Positions 12,401 to 23,965 of a stretch of DNA of 64,000 nucleotides are shown in pieces. Below the pieces are notes generated by a model. The model had not been told where the DNA came from. It worked only from the letters and a program-made list of their open reading frames with translations, and did not search any database. Origin of the DNA: Phoronis australis (Eukaryota > Animalia > Phoronida); NCBI GenBank assembly GCA_002633005.1, contig NMRA01000112.1, positions 446,629 through 510,628 on the forward strand, given 5' to 3'. A program made the position numbers and the translations under genes. Positions within the stretch are counted from its first letter, which is position 1. The number at the start of each line of letters is the position of its first letter.

Positions 12401-15400
12401 TAATATCAACTCGTCTTCTGTGTCTCGTATTGGTGAGAAGATCTTCATGCGACCAAACGACATCCATGGTTTTTACACGAGTCACGTGACGACGCGTAAG
12501 TTAAGTTTCAGCGTAGACGGGTATGCCTGGTGTATGTTATTAGCAGCCTCGATTTGAATAAATCTAGCTAATGCCAACCCGTACATCATCTTCACCAAAC
12601 ACTGATAAATTTTCTTAAGAATGTGGGACAAATCTGGGCAAAACTGGATAGCTTCGTCAGGACGTGCTGTCCTCACACTTATGATATAGATTGGTACGAA
12701 ATGTATATATTTTCCGTTTTTCCGTGTCTAGGTGTGTCACTATTTGTTGCATAAACATTTCGTTGCAAGATTTCTTTCTTAGATTTCAGGCATAATGTTT
12801 AACCCTCGCACACGTTTCATGATGGGTCGCGCAAAGGGAGACGACCTTTACTTGAAATAAATGTATTGTCGATACGACATTTAAGTAATGCGAAGATGAA
12901 GCAAAAGTCAACATTTGGTATCAAAATAGTATTTTTGACGCTTACGTGTTGTAAGTGGAAGTGCTTTCTGTACTTTTCTCAGTTGGAAACGCCTGCGACA
13001 ATAATGGTGGCTGTCAACAATTGTGTTTCCCGTTGCCATCCAGTGGTCGAGTTTGCGCATGTCAAGACGATTATCATGGCCCCACTCTAAGTGGCAATTG
13101 CTATAAACCAACTTCAACGTCTTCGACCAAGTCTTCGACCACGTCTACTGCACGAACAACACAAAAAATTGTGGTAAGCAAAGAAATAGACGTAGTGTAG
13201 GTTCAGGAATCTTCATTTAACTCTTTAGCGTTGTTAGAGCACAAAAGCGATATTGCTTAATTACAAATTCTAATCCTGCAAGACAGGTTGAGGTGACAGG
13301 GATGAAACACATGTTTTACATCCACAGACATTATGAGACGTTAAACATTTTGCGGGACCCACATCCCTTCTATAGCAATTTGTTGTTGTAATGGTCGTAA
13401 AAATTAACAAAACATGGAGAATGCCTTACGAGTACTGCATTGATTCCATACAAAAATGGAGAACTCTGTCCACCGACTACCCTATCGCCATCTAGCCACA
13501 GGGTGAATTCCATCATGTCGCCACAAATTCGAAACATGATTATTTTCAACTCACATTAATACCGCCCTCGGTGTTTTTCCAGGAAACGACGCTTCCGCCA
13601 TCGGCGTCACCAAAACCGATGTCATCATCACCGTCTAGGCCAACCACATTATCCACAGCAAGCGTGTACGCTTCTACGTCACTTTCGTCCCAGACTAAAA
13701 GAACGCCTTCGTTTGACAAAACTACAGGGAAGTCGAACGAAGTTGTCACGAAAAAGTCGTTTAATCCAGAAAATAGAGACAAAGAGAATGATGTTTTGCC
13801 TGGCAAGCCAAAGGCTGCGGAACAGGAAGAGGGTGTGTGTTTGAATTTTGTTTCCTGTCTTTCGTTTCATTATCATAATAGTTCGCGCAAGAATGCTACT
13901 TAAGGCGGTTATAAACCCGTCTTCAGCCACAGACCTCGTAATTTGAACCAGGTATGATTGCGAAATTGATCTCAAATTACATATTTGTCGTATTACAGTG
14001 TGAATTCTTAGCTTGGAAAGAACTGACTGTGTGTTATTGCCTGAGACAAGGCATTTCTCATCTACAGAAAAAGTTATCATATCTAGTCTCAAAATAAAAA
14101 ATGTAAGCTTCACTGGTTAACAATTGGTATTCAAAAAGACATGTGCAAAACGTGGTCATTTACGGGCATTCAATCGATACAAGAGATTACTCTCAGTACT
14201 TTATATTTCAGTAACATTACGTAACTACGTCATTGTCGGAATCGTGGCAGCTGGCGTTGTTGTTGTGACTGTCGCAGTTATAGTGGCGTTCTTTGTGCAG
14301 AAAAAGTGGTAAGTCGAAACGAGTTTTTTACTTTTAAAAGTTTTGTCGAGTTACCATAATATCAGAAGCATTATGTACTTCAGTGTGATTCAAACTCTAG
14401 TTCGCTTGCTAGATGGCCGGAGCGTTCCCTACACCGCGTTTTTGCGAGAATAGTGAGATTGCGCAAGACAACAAAAACTCACGCAAGTGTCTCTCGAGTA
14501 TATTCGAGACCAAGCGAAATGGCGGCCTCTGAAATGATTGGTCGGTTAGGTTGGAATGTTGAATTATGGGAAAGGACTCTTTGTTTCGTTTCCTTTCCTT
14601 TTCTTTCCTTGTCGTAAATACAAGTTAATGACGTGGATCCACGCACGGAACACAATCCTGTTTAGGCCAGCTTTAGTTGATTATAAACTGTGGGAGGTAG
14701 GTCTATGTGACAGAGAAAATGTAACAGTTTTTCAACTGTCGTGTTATACACAATCATTTTACCAAAGGTTCACTAATTTTCCACAACTGCCTTATTCTCT
14801 TACACAATTTGAAAAATGAATGAGAACATACAACGCATTATGGTTACTTTAATCACCATTCACACACATTTGTGTAATTCTGATAAAAAACAAATAATTT
14901 CTAAATATGCTTGGAGTTTGATAAACGTATTGCAGCTGACCTGTTTTGACTCTCCCAATTATAGCTTAGACAAGCGTTTCTAATAGGTATGTTAGTACTG
15001 AAAATCTTACGTTTCTGTCAAACTTGGGCTGAGATGTATCTGCTTACTGTGCCATGACGAGCTAACGGCATCAGATAACTGCAATCTTCTAATTTCAATT
15101 CATTTCTTAATTACGAAATCTTTCAAGTCTCAAGTCTGCTTTTTCATCACGCGTCTTTCATCTTTCCATGACATCTTTTCTGTATCAAACTGGGGAACCT
15201 TTCTGCTAGAATCCAGCGTTCCTTGGCACGTGTCGCGTGCATACATTGTATTTAGCCCATTTTGCCGTCAGCAGAGAGTTACAGAATTGTCTAAATCTAT
15301 TATTGGATCTCGATTCATGGGCGCGAATCCCGCCTTCCAGGACTATATTTTTAGGTTAAATTAACTGATACTTGGGCATTTCAAAAAACAACAAAAATGC

Positions 15401-15927
15401 TAATTGTCCCGAAATCCATAGCTTGGTCTCCAGTCGGACCAGTTGATCAATATCGAACCTTTCGATTCTTCAAATCGAAGTATCGTACTTGGCGTTTAGC
15501 AACATAGGCGGGGCCAGGGGGACAATGGGGTCCGGACCCCCCTTTTCCCTTGATTTTAGTGATACCAAATACAGAATTTTCAAATTGTTGACTTGGGCCC
15601 CCCTTTTTAAACAATCTTGATCCGACCCCACCTTTTTATTTCCTGGATCCTCCTCTGATATATCTACATTTGCATTCCTACATGTATTAGTCAATAATTT
15701 GTTCTGAAACGTGTGTGTCTCTTTCCAGCAAATCTAGGAAAACTGGCACGGTGGGTTATCACTACAGTGCCAACGAGGAAGTTGTGTGGAACGACGATGG
15801 GAAACTCATGGTACCCATGGATAACAGACGGTCACGTGACTACGACCGGCTGACGGAAGAACATGATAATTTTGACAGTATTGATAATATAACTTATGAT
15901 GACAATCGTCAGCTTTTGGTGACGTAA
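347..15927 (+). CDS. LDL-receptor-related (LRP-like) type I membrane protein, 5'-partial, 12 exons: YWTD propeller (last 3 blades), complete YWTD propeller, EGF, Ser/Thr stalk, TM, cytoplasmic tail
   Basis: Exons 347-478, 768-888, 1754-1901, 4561-4806, 5213-5381, 6575-6705, 9717-9873, 12386-12495, 12983-13173, 13583-13832, 14212-14308, 15729-15927. All introns GT-AG with matching phases and an open frame. YWTD-type motifs LFWFD, IYWTD, LVWTE, LLVTD, FYWTE, LYYTD, IFWTD, LYWCD, IYLTD. Start codon lies upstream of the window. Confidence 0.88.
768..888 (+). CDS. LRP-like gene exon (YWTD blade)
   Basis: tttgcag|c acceptor, aag|gtgcag donor; [40 protein letters not shown]. Confidence 0.82.
1754..1901 (+). 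CDS. LRP-like gene exon (last blade of first propeller)
   Basis: tttcag|g acceptor, a|gtaagc donor; [49 protein letters not shown]. Confidence 0.78.
3680..3963. mobile_element. MITE with CAGTGGCGGATC termini containing a nested palindromic MITE (3753-3901)
   Basis: Outer TIR CAGTGGCGGATCTAGGATATCACAAGGGGG / CCCCCTTGTGATATCCTAGATCCGTCACTG; inner ~45-bp TIR CACGATTGTAGATGCGC... / ...GCGCATCTACAATCGTG. No clean TSD seen. Confidence 0.75.
4561..4806 (+). CDS. LRP-like gene exon (second propeller, blades 1-2)
   Basis: tttcag acceptor, g|gtaggt donor; [12 protein letters not shown]...[32 protein letters not shown]. Confidence 0.88.
5213..5381 (+). CDS. LRP-like gene exon (YWTD blade)
   Basis: [22 protein letters not shown]...[14 protein letters not shown]; tttcag acceptor, gg|gtttgt donor. 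Confidence 0.88.
5675..6042. mobile_element. Tc1/mariner-like MITE
   Basis: TA|CAGGGTGTCCGAAAAATGTAC at left, imperfect inverse GTACATTTGGGACACCC at right. Confidence 0.55.
6038..6517. mobile_element. Foldback-type MITE with ~130-bp TIRs
   Basis: GTTCCAAACACCGTAACACCATTCAAGAGTCTATTAAATGCAAGCC... is mirrored by ...GGCTTGCATTTAATAGACTCTTGAATGGTGTTACGGAGTTTGGAAC. Confidence 0.8.
6575..6705 (+). CDS. LRP-like gene exon (YWTD blade)
   Basis: [43 protein letters not shown], a classic LDLR class B repeat; cgtag acceptor, g|gtacgc donor. Confidence 0.9.
6879..7290 (+). mobile_element. Helentron-associated non-autonomous (HINE/DINE-1-like) element, truncated by gap
   Basis: T-run, hairpin ATGCGCCCACATAT/ATATGTGGACGCAT, (CCGT)n microsatellite ~6929-6964, repeated CATGAAATTTGG and CCCCxCTAGTGGC subrepeats. 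Confidence 0.6.
7291..7870. other. Assembly gap
   Basis: Run of N. Confidence 0.99.
9717..9873 (+). CDS. LRP-like gene exon (YWTD blades)
   Basis: [13 protein letters not shown]...[19 protein letters not shown]; tttcag acceptor, cc|gtaaga donor. Confidence 0.88.
10055..10352. mobile_element. MITE-like element with inverted arrays of short subterminal repeats
   Basis: CTATAGTCC/CTATGGTCC units on the left, inverse GGACTACxGAACCTT units on the right. Confidence 0.5.
11519..11998 (+). repeat. Dispersed repeat family A, copy 1
   Basis: Colinear, high-identity match to 35927-36420 (e.g. TTAGAAATCATTCCAAACAATAA, GCTCGCGAAATCGAGGCTGTTAATCTATCACCACTAGTACACGC). Confidence 0.85.
12386..12495 (+). 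CDS. LRP-like gene exon (end of second propeller)
   Basis: tctag|a acceptor, c|gtaagt donor; [36 protein letters not shown]; phases match both neighbours. Confidence 0.82.
12983..13173 (+). CDS. LRP-like gene exon (EGF domain and start of Ser/Thr stalk)
   Basis: [39 protein letters not shown] (6-Cys post-propeller EGF) then [13 protein letters not shown]; gtg|gtaagc donor. Confidence 0.9.
13583..13832 (+). CDS. LRP-like gene exon (Ser/Thr/Pro-rich stalk)
   Basis: ttccag acceptor, g|gtgtgt donor; [27 protein letters not shown]... Confidence 0.8.
14212..14308 (+). CDS. LRP-like gene exon (transmembrane helix)
   Basis: [24 protein letters not shown] then QKK; tttcag acceptor, tg|gtaagt donor. 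Confidence 0.88.
14398..14500 (+). repeat. Dispersed repeat fragment (inverse copy at ~43700-43805)
   Basis: GCGAGAATAGTGAGATTGCGCAAGACAACAAAAACTCACGCAAGTG matches the reverse complement of CACTCACGTGATTTTGCTTAGTCTTGTGCGATCTCGCTTTTCTTGC. Confidence 0.55.
15503..15657. mobile_element. Short GC-rich MITE (CA[TG]AGGCGG-type termini)
   Basis: CATAGGCGGGGCCAGG left end, imperfect CCTGGATCCTCCTCTG right end; a related end at ~3082. Confidence 0.45.
15729..15927 (+). CDS. LRP-like gene terminal exon (cytoplasmic tail)
   Basis: ttccag|c acceptor; KSRKTG...YDRL...[14 protein letters not shown]; several AATAAA hexamers at ~16123-16155. Confidence 0.85.
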
Positions 15928-17692
15928 CAGGAATTTGTTCCTTCACTGCATTTCAATGTCTCCATTTTGGCATTTCATTTCCGCGAAGATTTTTTCACGT
16001 GTCGAGATAAAATTTTGTGAAGAGTACTGTATATCAAAAGTATGTACATGTAAATCATGCGTATGTTTATGCTTACTCTATACATTTCAGGGTGTGAATG
16101 TAAAAAGGTTCTCTCAAAGTGTAATAAATAGATGAATAAATGACTGTGAAATAAACGTGCCCCAGTTCTTATCGACTCTTTGAGTAATGAGTGAGAACAT
16201 AGCTTGGTTCACAGTGCACACACTACGATGTCAGGAGGTTGTTTGAATCTTTTGCTACAGTAAGTTGTAATGGTGGTTTTCCAAGGCGTCAACTGGAGTG
16301 GGTTCCGTAGATGCAAAGTTTTAGACAAAAAGGAAAATCACGAGAGTGAAAAGTGAGTGTTTGTCAAGTATGATTGGGACTTTACTAAGGTAATGTAGAA
16401 AAATGACAGCCACTGAATGTGGTTGGTTGAAGTTGGAAGGTTGAATCATGGGATAGTGGCCTCTGTTTCGGTTCCACGAGGAAAACATCTTGCAGCAAGT
16501 GCTGTAAGAATGTCTTGGAGTCTACGGAACGTATTTCTGGCTTTTTTGCTTGAGAAGCTAGCGCTACGCATGCCTGCTGATTAAAAAAACATTCCCTAAG
16601 TGGAAGCCTTCTTAACCTATCGTAGAACTTGCCAATAGAATCCTTTCGTTTATGAGACCTTAGTGGCCAATGGAGTTCTAAGAAGGGACTTTGCGAATTG
16701 AACTGTGGCAGAGGGTTTGCGCAGGAGACGAGTTGCGAACATATATAAGAATTTTCCAGATATTTAACGGGAAGTGGAGGTCACATTGCGGATGAACTTC
16801 TTAAAGTAATGTAATTTGATTATCAAGTCGTCAAATAAAAGGGTTTTTGTCAGCTGAAGTGGTGGCCACGTGAGATTGGCAACATTGTTTTTTGTATTTG
16901 TACCATTATATTCTATTTAATAAATTGTAACGTGATTTTTTTCATTTGTTTGAAATATGCGACCCTGTACCAGTATCGCGTTTTTTCCTGTACAATTCTC
17001 ATGTTTTCAAAACATTAAAACTTTTACTTTATCGAACATAACAGAAAGAATAAGGTACATTATACACGAACCTCTGGAACGAATCTTCCTATATTGTATG
17101 TATACAATTATCAAATCTCCGTGTTGTGCGCTTTGTAATTGCCGGTATTTTAGATTTAACGCTTCACCAACTATAAATTTACGTTAACTACGTTTGTCAT
17201 GATTTACAAATGATGATTTGCTTTTTCAAATCACAGTCAACGCACAGAAAACATGAGAGGCTGGTATAGTCGGAAGACTTTACTCATTAGAAGCTCATTT
17301 GACCTGGTTTATTAATTGGCAATTAAATTTGGCCACATCACTTTTTATCTTCTTCATCAAATAAACGCTCTCCTTATCAATCTGCTTCAGGTCAGCCCTC
17401 GGACTACAAAACACCGTATTCGTGACAAGATTCTGTCGGTAAAACATCCTTGAAACCATTGTCGTTTCAATCTTATCGCTGTGTTTTATAGTCCAGGTCA
17501 GCCAGGTTACGACGATATGTCTCTAGCATGATATCACATACCAACCGACGACAACACATGCCATCAATTATTAGCCCGAAGACTACGTTTGCGGTCGATT
17601 GTTTACACTCGGCGGAGGAAGTTTGCGCGTGCTGGCTCATCCAAGTAGGCCTATTTTCCACTCGAACCCAGAGTGCTGTAAATTTTCAAATC

Positions 17693-17720
17693 ATGGCCAC
17701 TTCGGAAATTTCTGCTTTAG
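17693..17720 (+). CDS. MFS paralog A exon 1 (MATSEISAL-)
   Basis: ATCATGG start context, TTAG|GTAAGT phase-1 donor matching the acceptor at 19706; homologous to 34022-34049. Confidence 0.65.
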
Positions 17721-20700
17721 GTAAGTTTGATGGGACCGTCTGTAGATAAAATCACACATTTACCTTTTATTTGTGCTGTTAAAAATCTTTATGTTGAGCT
17801 CTCTCGTTATCATAAGGCAAGTTTAAAGAGAATAATCACAATCCTTCCTCCGGCATTTCTTGCAGCGGCACCTTGGTCAGTCGCCCTTTCGGGCTCATCT
17901 TCTGGTAGGCGTCACATGACCTCCAGAACCCAATCTCTTCTGATGCTACTCCTGATCTTCTTAGAGTCAATATATGTTCCAACTATGGACCCGTGTGCAA
18001 TTCGTCAAGACAACTTGTTTCACCTCATCAGCATCTTGTGTTCTTCGTTGAACCTCCAGTGTGTGCGAAGCTTCCTTTGATCTGCCGTTCGGTCTTAGCT
18101 TCGGCTTGAACAACATCTCGGAGGATGAATGAATCCTCTCATTGGGCTTTCTTGTACTCCAGCAGCCTTACGTAATGTGTGGTTGGACATGCTGCTGGCG
18201 GCCTGGTGCCAGCCTTTCGTCCCAGCTGAACTCTTGGCGATCTGTTCACTGGGCTCTCCATACACATTGCAAACACTCATCCTGTGTAGTATTGTGCATC
18301 AATGCTGATCGTGGTTACAGGTTTAGTACAGGTGTATGCCCACTCACATGACAATTTCCAGCAGGTCATGTCCCCTGGTTTAACTAGACTTGAACGAACC
18401 ACGATAGTGGTGCAGCCTATGTCTCTCAGCACTGACATCTTCAGATATACTTTCGAAAGTGCGTTCAGGCTGAGCACGCTTCACCGGCTCTTTCTTCTCG
18501 CTCTTGGAACTCGGTCGGGTCGTTGACTGTTACTGACTTTTTTGTTGTGTCATCCGAATGCAAGTTCAATTTTTCGTAGCAAAAAGTAGTCCCTAGATCA
18601 GATCGAAGCCCCCCATGTATATTGTCATCCACTCTCTCCCCCGAAAAAGGAACATCGGATGCGGGAGACAGCGATCCGGACGAACAAACGAAGTGGACTA
18701 ACATGGAGACGTGTATCATCAGAGCATCGTTTGAGAAGCAGTGGGATGCAAAATGGGGTGACTTCCTTTTTTATCTAGTGTTGGCGCTGCAATCCGTTTT
18801 ACTTTTAGAAAGCAAAACTACAAACAAGTTTGCTGCAAAACTAATTGGCGACATTGCCAATTTGGTAATAAACTTGTGTGGCCGGTTGCATGGAACAGTC
18901 CCATAATCTACAGCGTATTTGTTTCGCTCTTTACTCACAAAAGTAATTTTTCTGCCATTTGATCTTAATTATGAGCTCCCTTTTGACTAATGACACTTCC
19001 TAACAATATAACTAAAAACTGAGCCCTTAATTCAGCCAAAGTAATTATTGACTTAGCCCGTAAATTAGGGGTGTTGTATGAAAAGATACCTACTTATTTT
19101 CAATAATATTGAGAATTAAACTTAGAGTTCATTCTCAATTTGTATCGAAGCCAAAAATTGGCCTAGTAATGATTCTCAAACAGCATATGAAAGGACAATC
19201 AGTATTTTTACAAGCTCATAAATATACAGCAGATTTGGAGATCTTAGTTGAGTCCCTATATGTTACAGTATATTCCATGTCAAATTTCAATAAGTGAACT
19301 GATTTAAAAGTCAAATTTCAGGAAAATGAACAAATTCATGCGAACGTGTTTACTTTTACAAAATAAAAGTTTGTATTGTCGGAAACATCAAAGCAAAATT
19401 GTCCCTTCACCAAATGATTGCAGAAGTAGTTGTTTTATGAGTCCACTTGTCTTTCTGGTATTTCATCCGTTCCGGTAGCGGCAGGTTTCACCACGATTTT
19501 GTTTGTTAAATCTAGATATCTGACCACTATCATGCTTGAACGTGGTGGCGTATGTGTATCATTTATTAGGTTTCCATGCAACCGAATCTAAAGCCTCTAA
19601 TTCAAATTAGCGAGCGGAGACCGNCGCCCCCCCCCCCCACAATGCTTACATAGTGCTCACTCTCACGCCAGTTACTGTTTTTCTTATTTTTGTTCTTGTA
19701 CCTTAGACACGGACAGTAGTATCAAAATGCTCGAGCCTGAACCCCTCACGCAGTCCAAGTCCTTAGAAGATGGTGACAGGAAGAAGATGGCAAGAGAATC
19801 GAAGCGTATTATGATGTTTAAGATCACAAAGCAGGCTTCACTTGTACTAGCCTGGATAAGTATAGTGAGTAGTAAGGTCGGAATTAGTTTACCAAAGCAA
19901 AACCCATTTGTCACTTGGGACCGGGCTTATTTCTGTTATCATCTACCTTGTAATAAATCAGTTTCGCCGTGCAAATAAAAGCAAAATGGTGCCCCAATTT
20001 ATACATCATTGTGTATATCTTGGCGATGGCGAGGTAAAAATTTACTTTGTCGTTGGCCGCCTGGTGGCAACAAACTCACCAGTACCAAGTGCCAAAGTTT
20101 CTCAGGGACTCTAGTCATTCCCGAGATACTTGTGGCGAGAATTCTTGTGTTATGGAAATCGAATGGTGAGTTTTGTTTCACACAGTTAAACATTTCCACA
20201 TAGTTGTGCAATCACTTCATTGCTTCACGCTGGTCTTTTCATTACCGTTTTCTCAACAAACTTGCAAGAAAATAGTGTTTCAGGACACCCTCTCAGCACA
20301 GTCCAGTGGGTGGACAGTTACTTGACGTCGTTCTGAACAGGCAGTGGCGGATTAAGCAACTGCGGGGCCCGTAGCGTAAGTCGAAGCGCTTGGCCCTTAC
20401 CCAAATCCTCATACGCAAAATAGGTGTAGTTTTCACCTTTGAGAAAGAAAGCAATTTAGACGACTTCTATGTGATGAGGGAGCCGTATGCATTGGGCAGT
20501 GCATGGAATAAGACGATTTCATCAGTTCGCACACCTCTAATCTAGGGCCCCACGCTTGTGCCAGCATTACGACATCTACAATTCTTTGAGCATCGCTTAC
20601 TCAGTAGGACCCCGCACTCTTGACCCTAAACATGTTGAAAATGATGTTGCCCCTACACAAACTTTTAGCCCACCTGAGGTCAGTGTTTCCATAGGAGTGG

Positions 20701-23508
20701 GAATATGTACACGTTTGTGGTATAGTTGCCTCTAAAACTGCCAGCGCGAGGCCACAAATAGTGCAGGATAAGTTGCTTCTGCTACGTTGTTAATCCTTCA
20801 CTGAACACGCGTTCTATTAAATATCTGTTTGCTCGACGAAACTACATAAGAACCTGCAGCTACTAGTTTGGTATACATTATCAAAGCAGTTAACCAATAA
20901 AAATGCTTTTGTCAGAAAGGCAATAAAATCCCGCCTTCAATCGATAATATACTGTTTGATTTGGGTCACGTACAAGCGTTCTGTCGTAAAGTCGGTCTCG
21001 TTTTCATGCCTACTTAGCATAGAAACCAATTCTAGGCTTGTAAAAAACTAACAAGTCGTTATTGCCTGAGACCGAAGCCCGTTTTTAAATTGGTTGCTAT
21101 GGTGGTAAATTCAAGTTCGGTCACTATAGAAGTATGGCCGTTAAGTGAATTCGTGTGATTAAATGTATTTTCAATTCAAACAAAAATGTAAAACCCGGTG
21201 ACGTTGCTTTGGAAGATCTAATATGCCAGGTAAAAAAGTTGGTGTTAACACCAGGAGTCTGTTCATGGTGACTTTATATTTATGGCAGAAATTTGGTCTT
21301 ATGCTTCGCATAACTATTTCTGAAAAATAATAAAAAAATCATTTATAAACAATAGAACAAAGTAACCGAGAATATAACCAAAACTGCAACTATGGGGAAA
21401 ATTTATACAAATTATTTCAAGGCAGTGATACGGTAAAAATTCCATAACTAAACCTTTATTTGGTAATTGTGAGGTTGCAGAGGACCACATTTTTGTCTCA
21501 AGTGTTAGTCATTATTCATAAAACAGACCCCTGAGCATTGTGTAGCGGAATGTTGCTTACGCTTATTGGTCGGGATTTATAGAATAACTGTAAAAGAGGC
21601 TTCGTGAAATTATTGACAGTGGCTAACGATTTCATATGAGAGCTAATCATCACATAAGAAGTTCATGGCTGTTTGAGAAAGGTAATTCAGTTTCAATACA
21701 TACACGTTGACCTGTATAGCAAACCTACCCAAATATCATTGCATCAACAGGGCTTTTATGTGGAGATAGTCGGACCGACTTTAAAAGATCTCATGTACAG
21801 GGTGAGACAGAACTACGACCAGATATCACAAGCTCTTGCGTGGAAAAGCATCGGCTCCGTCGTTGGTGCGCCGCTAGGTGGCGTCCTGTGCAGCAGGTTC
21901 AACAAGCACGTTGACTTGTTGCTGTCGCTCACATCGCTCGTGGCGGCGGCTTGTACATTCTGCATTCCGTGGTTCACCTCTGTGGAGGGGGTCGACGCTA
22001 TGATGTTCTTCGCCGGCGTGTCAGAATCCATTACCAACGCAGGTTAGAGAGTTGGGGATGATCGGCATTGACTAGGTGGCACCCGTGAAATAATGGTCCA
22101 AATTCATTAAGGGACCTTAACCAAAGGTGAATGTCCCTGTGGCGATCATCAGCTTCCTGTTTCCACACAGCTCAAACAATAAGAAATGATCATTTTTTTC
22201 ACTGGCACCACCTACTCATAATTCCGTCTCACTACATCGTTTTAAATTTTCTTGTATCCGGAAGACCTTTGTGAAAAACAGTTTTGAAAATTTCCTGAAT
22301 TGTTTCGGTATTCGCAATTTCTCGCTTGAAAATGTGAAACTCAAACAACAAATTGGAAGCTACATGGAGAGTTTTCATATCTTTTCAAATCGCTTTAACG
22401 TTAAGAGAAGTGCCAACTGCATGTATTCCCTGAAAGTGGAAATATTAAATGAATGTTTTGGTTTGTAGGTGGCAATGCAATGGTCTTAAAGTTGTGGGGA
22501 TCAAAATCGGCATCTCCTATGCAGTCTCTCCATTTTGGATTTGGTGTTGGTGCTATGATTTCGCCCCAGATTGCGAAACCGTTTCTTGGTCACGAAACTA
22601 ATGAAACTCTTGAGAACTGTACCAGCGATTTAACCACCACATATTATCCATTTCGTTCTAACGGATCTTCAGAATGTTCTTACATCACAGTTATGCAGGA
22701 TTCTCGAATACAAGTTGCTTATATAATCGCTGCGTGTGTGCCTCTTATTTTTGGAATAATAAGTTTTATTTTTTATTTCGTTAAACCACCTAAAGGTTTC
22801 CAACTATTTACGGGACAAATGCAGTTTCTGAAAGTGCTAAATCCTGGGGCGTGTGCTCAAGGGAACATGTGTTTTGGCGTGCAAATGTTAATTTTGTTGT
22901 TTCTTTTCTACATTCACGTGATCGGAATCGAGAGAGCAGTTGGGAAATTCTTATCGTCGTACTTAAGGGAACGGGGATTTTCCATCGACGAAGCAACAAA
23001 TTTAAATTCTGCATTTTGGATAGGTTTCACCGTGGGTCGTTTCAGCGGAACCATCCTTTCAATATGGATCAAACCTCTATTTATGTTGTCCATTCAGTGC
23101 ACGTGTTTACTCGGGATAACGCTGGTACTCGCGTTTTTTGGCAGCTCCAACGACACCGTTCTGTGGGTCTTTATTGTAGCGTTTGCCTGGTTTGAGTCCC
23201 AAGTCTTCCCCTCCGGGATGGCTTGGGCAAATAACTACATGGAAATGACAAGCATGGCCGTATGTATCGTCATGATGGGTGCATTCTCTGGTGGTTTCAT
23301 ATACCAGCGTCTAACCGGGTTTTTATTTGAAGTGATTGGCTACAAAGTTTTTCTTTTTGTTCCAGTAGGATACGCAGTGTGTCTTGGTTTGTTTTTCGTT
23401 CCACTAGTAGTCATAGCCAGGCGGCAAGGGCCGCGCGTGTTCGACGAAGAACAAATTGAAACCGACGGCGACGTAAAGAGTGAAACCCATGCATTGCAGC
23501 AGTTTTAG
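17693..23508 (+). CDS. MFS transporter, MFSD4/NAGLT1 (sodium-dependent glucose transporter 1)-like, paralog A, ~505 aa
   Basis: Exons 17693-17720, 19707-19864, 21751-22042, 22469-23508; GT-AG introns, phases 1/0/1. Family-like motifs IVGPTLKDL, LWG.KSASPMQSLHFGFGVGAMISP.IAKPFL, FWIGFTVGRF, FPSGMAW; many TM helices. Confidence 0.9.
17940..18440 (-). mobile_element. Degenerate Gypsy (Gmr1-like) LTR retrotransposon pol remnant: protease then integrase Zn-binding region
   Basis: VLRDIGCTTIVVRSSLVKP...ISIDAQYYTG*VFAMCMESP (decayed retropepsin D[TS]G motif), then EVKQVV / RIAHGSIVGTYIDSKKIRSSI; stops and frameshifts. Confidence 0.65.
19707..19864 (+). CDS. MFS paralog A exon 2
   Basis: ccttag acceptor; TDSSIKMLEPEP...KQASLVLAWISI|gtgagt. 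Confidence 0.85.
20342..20803. mobile_element. MITE with CAGTGGCGGATT termini
   Basis: CAGTGGCGGATTAAGCAAC left, GTTGTTAATCCTTCACTG right; same terminal family as 3680 and the truncated end at 35881. Confidence 0.55.
21751..22042 (+). CDS. MFS paralog A exon 3
   Basis: caacag|GFYVEIVGPTLKDL...SESITNAG|gttaga. Confidence 0.92.
22469..23508 (+). CDS. MFS paralog A exon 4 (terminal)
   Basis: tttgtag acceptor; long multi-TM ORF to TAG. Confidence 0.93.
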
Positions 23509-23917
23509 AGACTTTGAATTCCTAATTTAACAGTAGATTTAGGTTAAATGTAAATAATATGTTAATGGTATTTATGTCCTTTTCATGGTGTGATTTGATA
23601 TAAAAGCTTAATTACTGGCGTCTGTAGATTTACCTACGTACCACTCAATCAAACGTCTGATTCGCACCTTTCTTCACTCTTGCCTTCTTTTTGCTCTGTT
23701 AATCACTCACTCATTAATTGACTTATCGCCAGGATTTTGAGTGACGGCTTAACCGACCATTTAGAACTCATCATCCTTGACACACCTTCGTTTCTAAGCC
23801 GCCATTTTACCCGACAAACATCACGTTGCTGGGTAAAACTTATTGTTTGTTAGTCGACATTACGCAAGGAGGCGGAGCTTGCGATAGGTCAATTCCCTCA
23901 TTCACCCGCCTGCCCGA

Positions 23918-23965
23918 CTCACTCACTCAATCAGTCACTCACTCACTCAAGCTCATTCACACACT
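23918..23965. repeat. (CACT)n-like microsatellite
   Basis: ACTCACTCAATCAGTCACTCACTCACTCAAGCTCATTCAC. Confidence 0.6.

Noticed and set aside
21813-23195. Antisense and alternate-frame ORFs overlapping MFS exons
   Set aside because: Shadows of the real coding frame.
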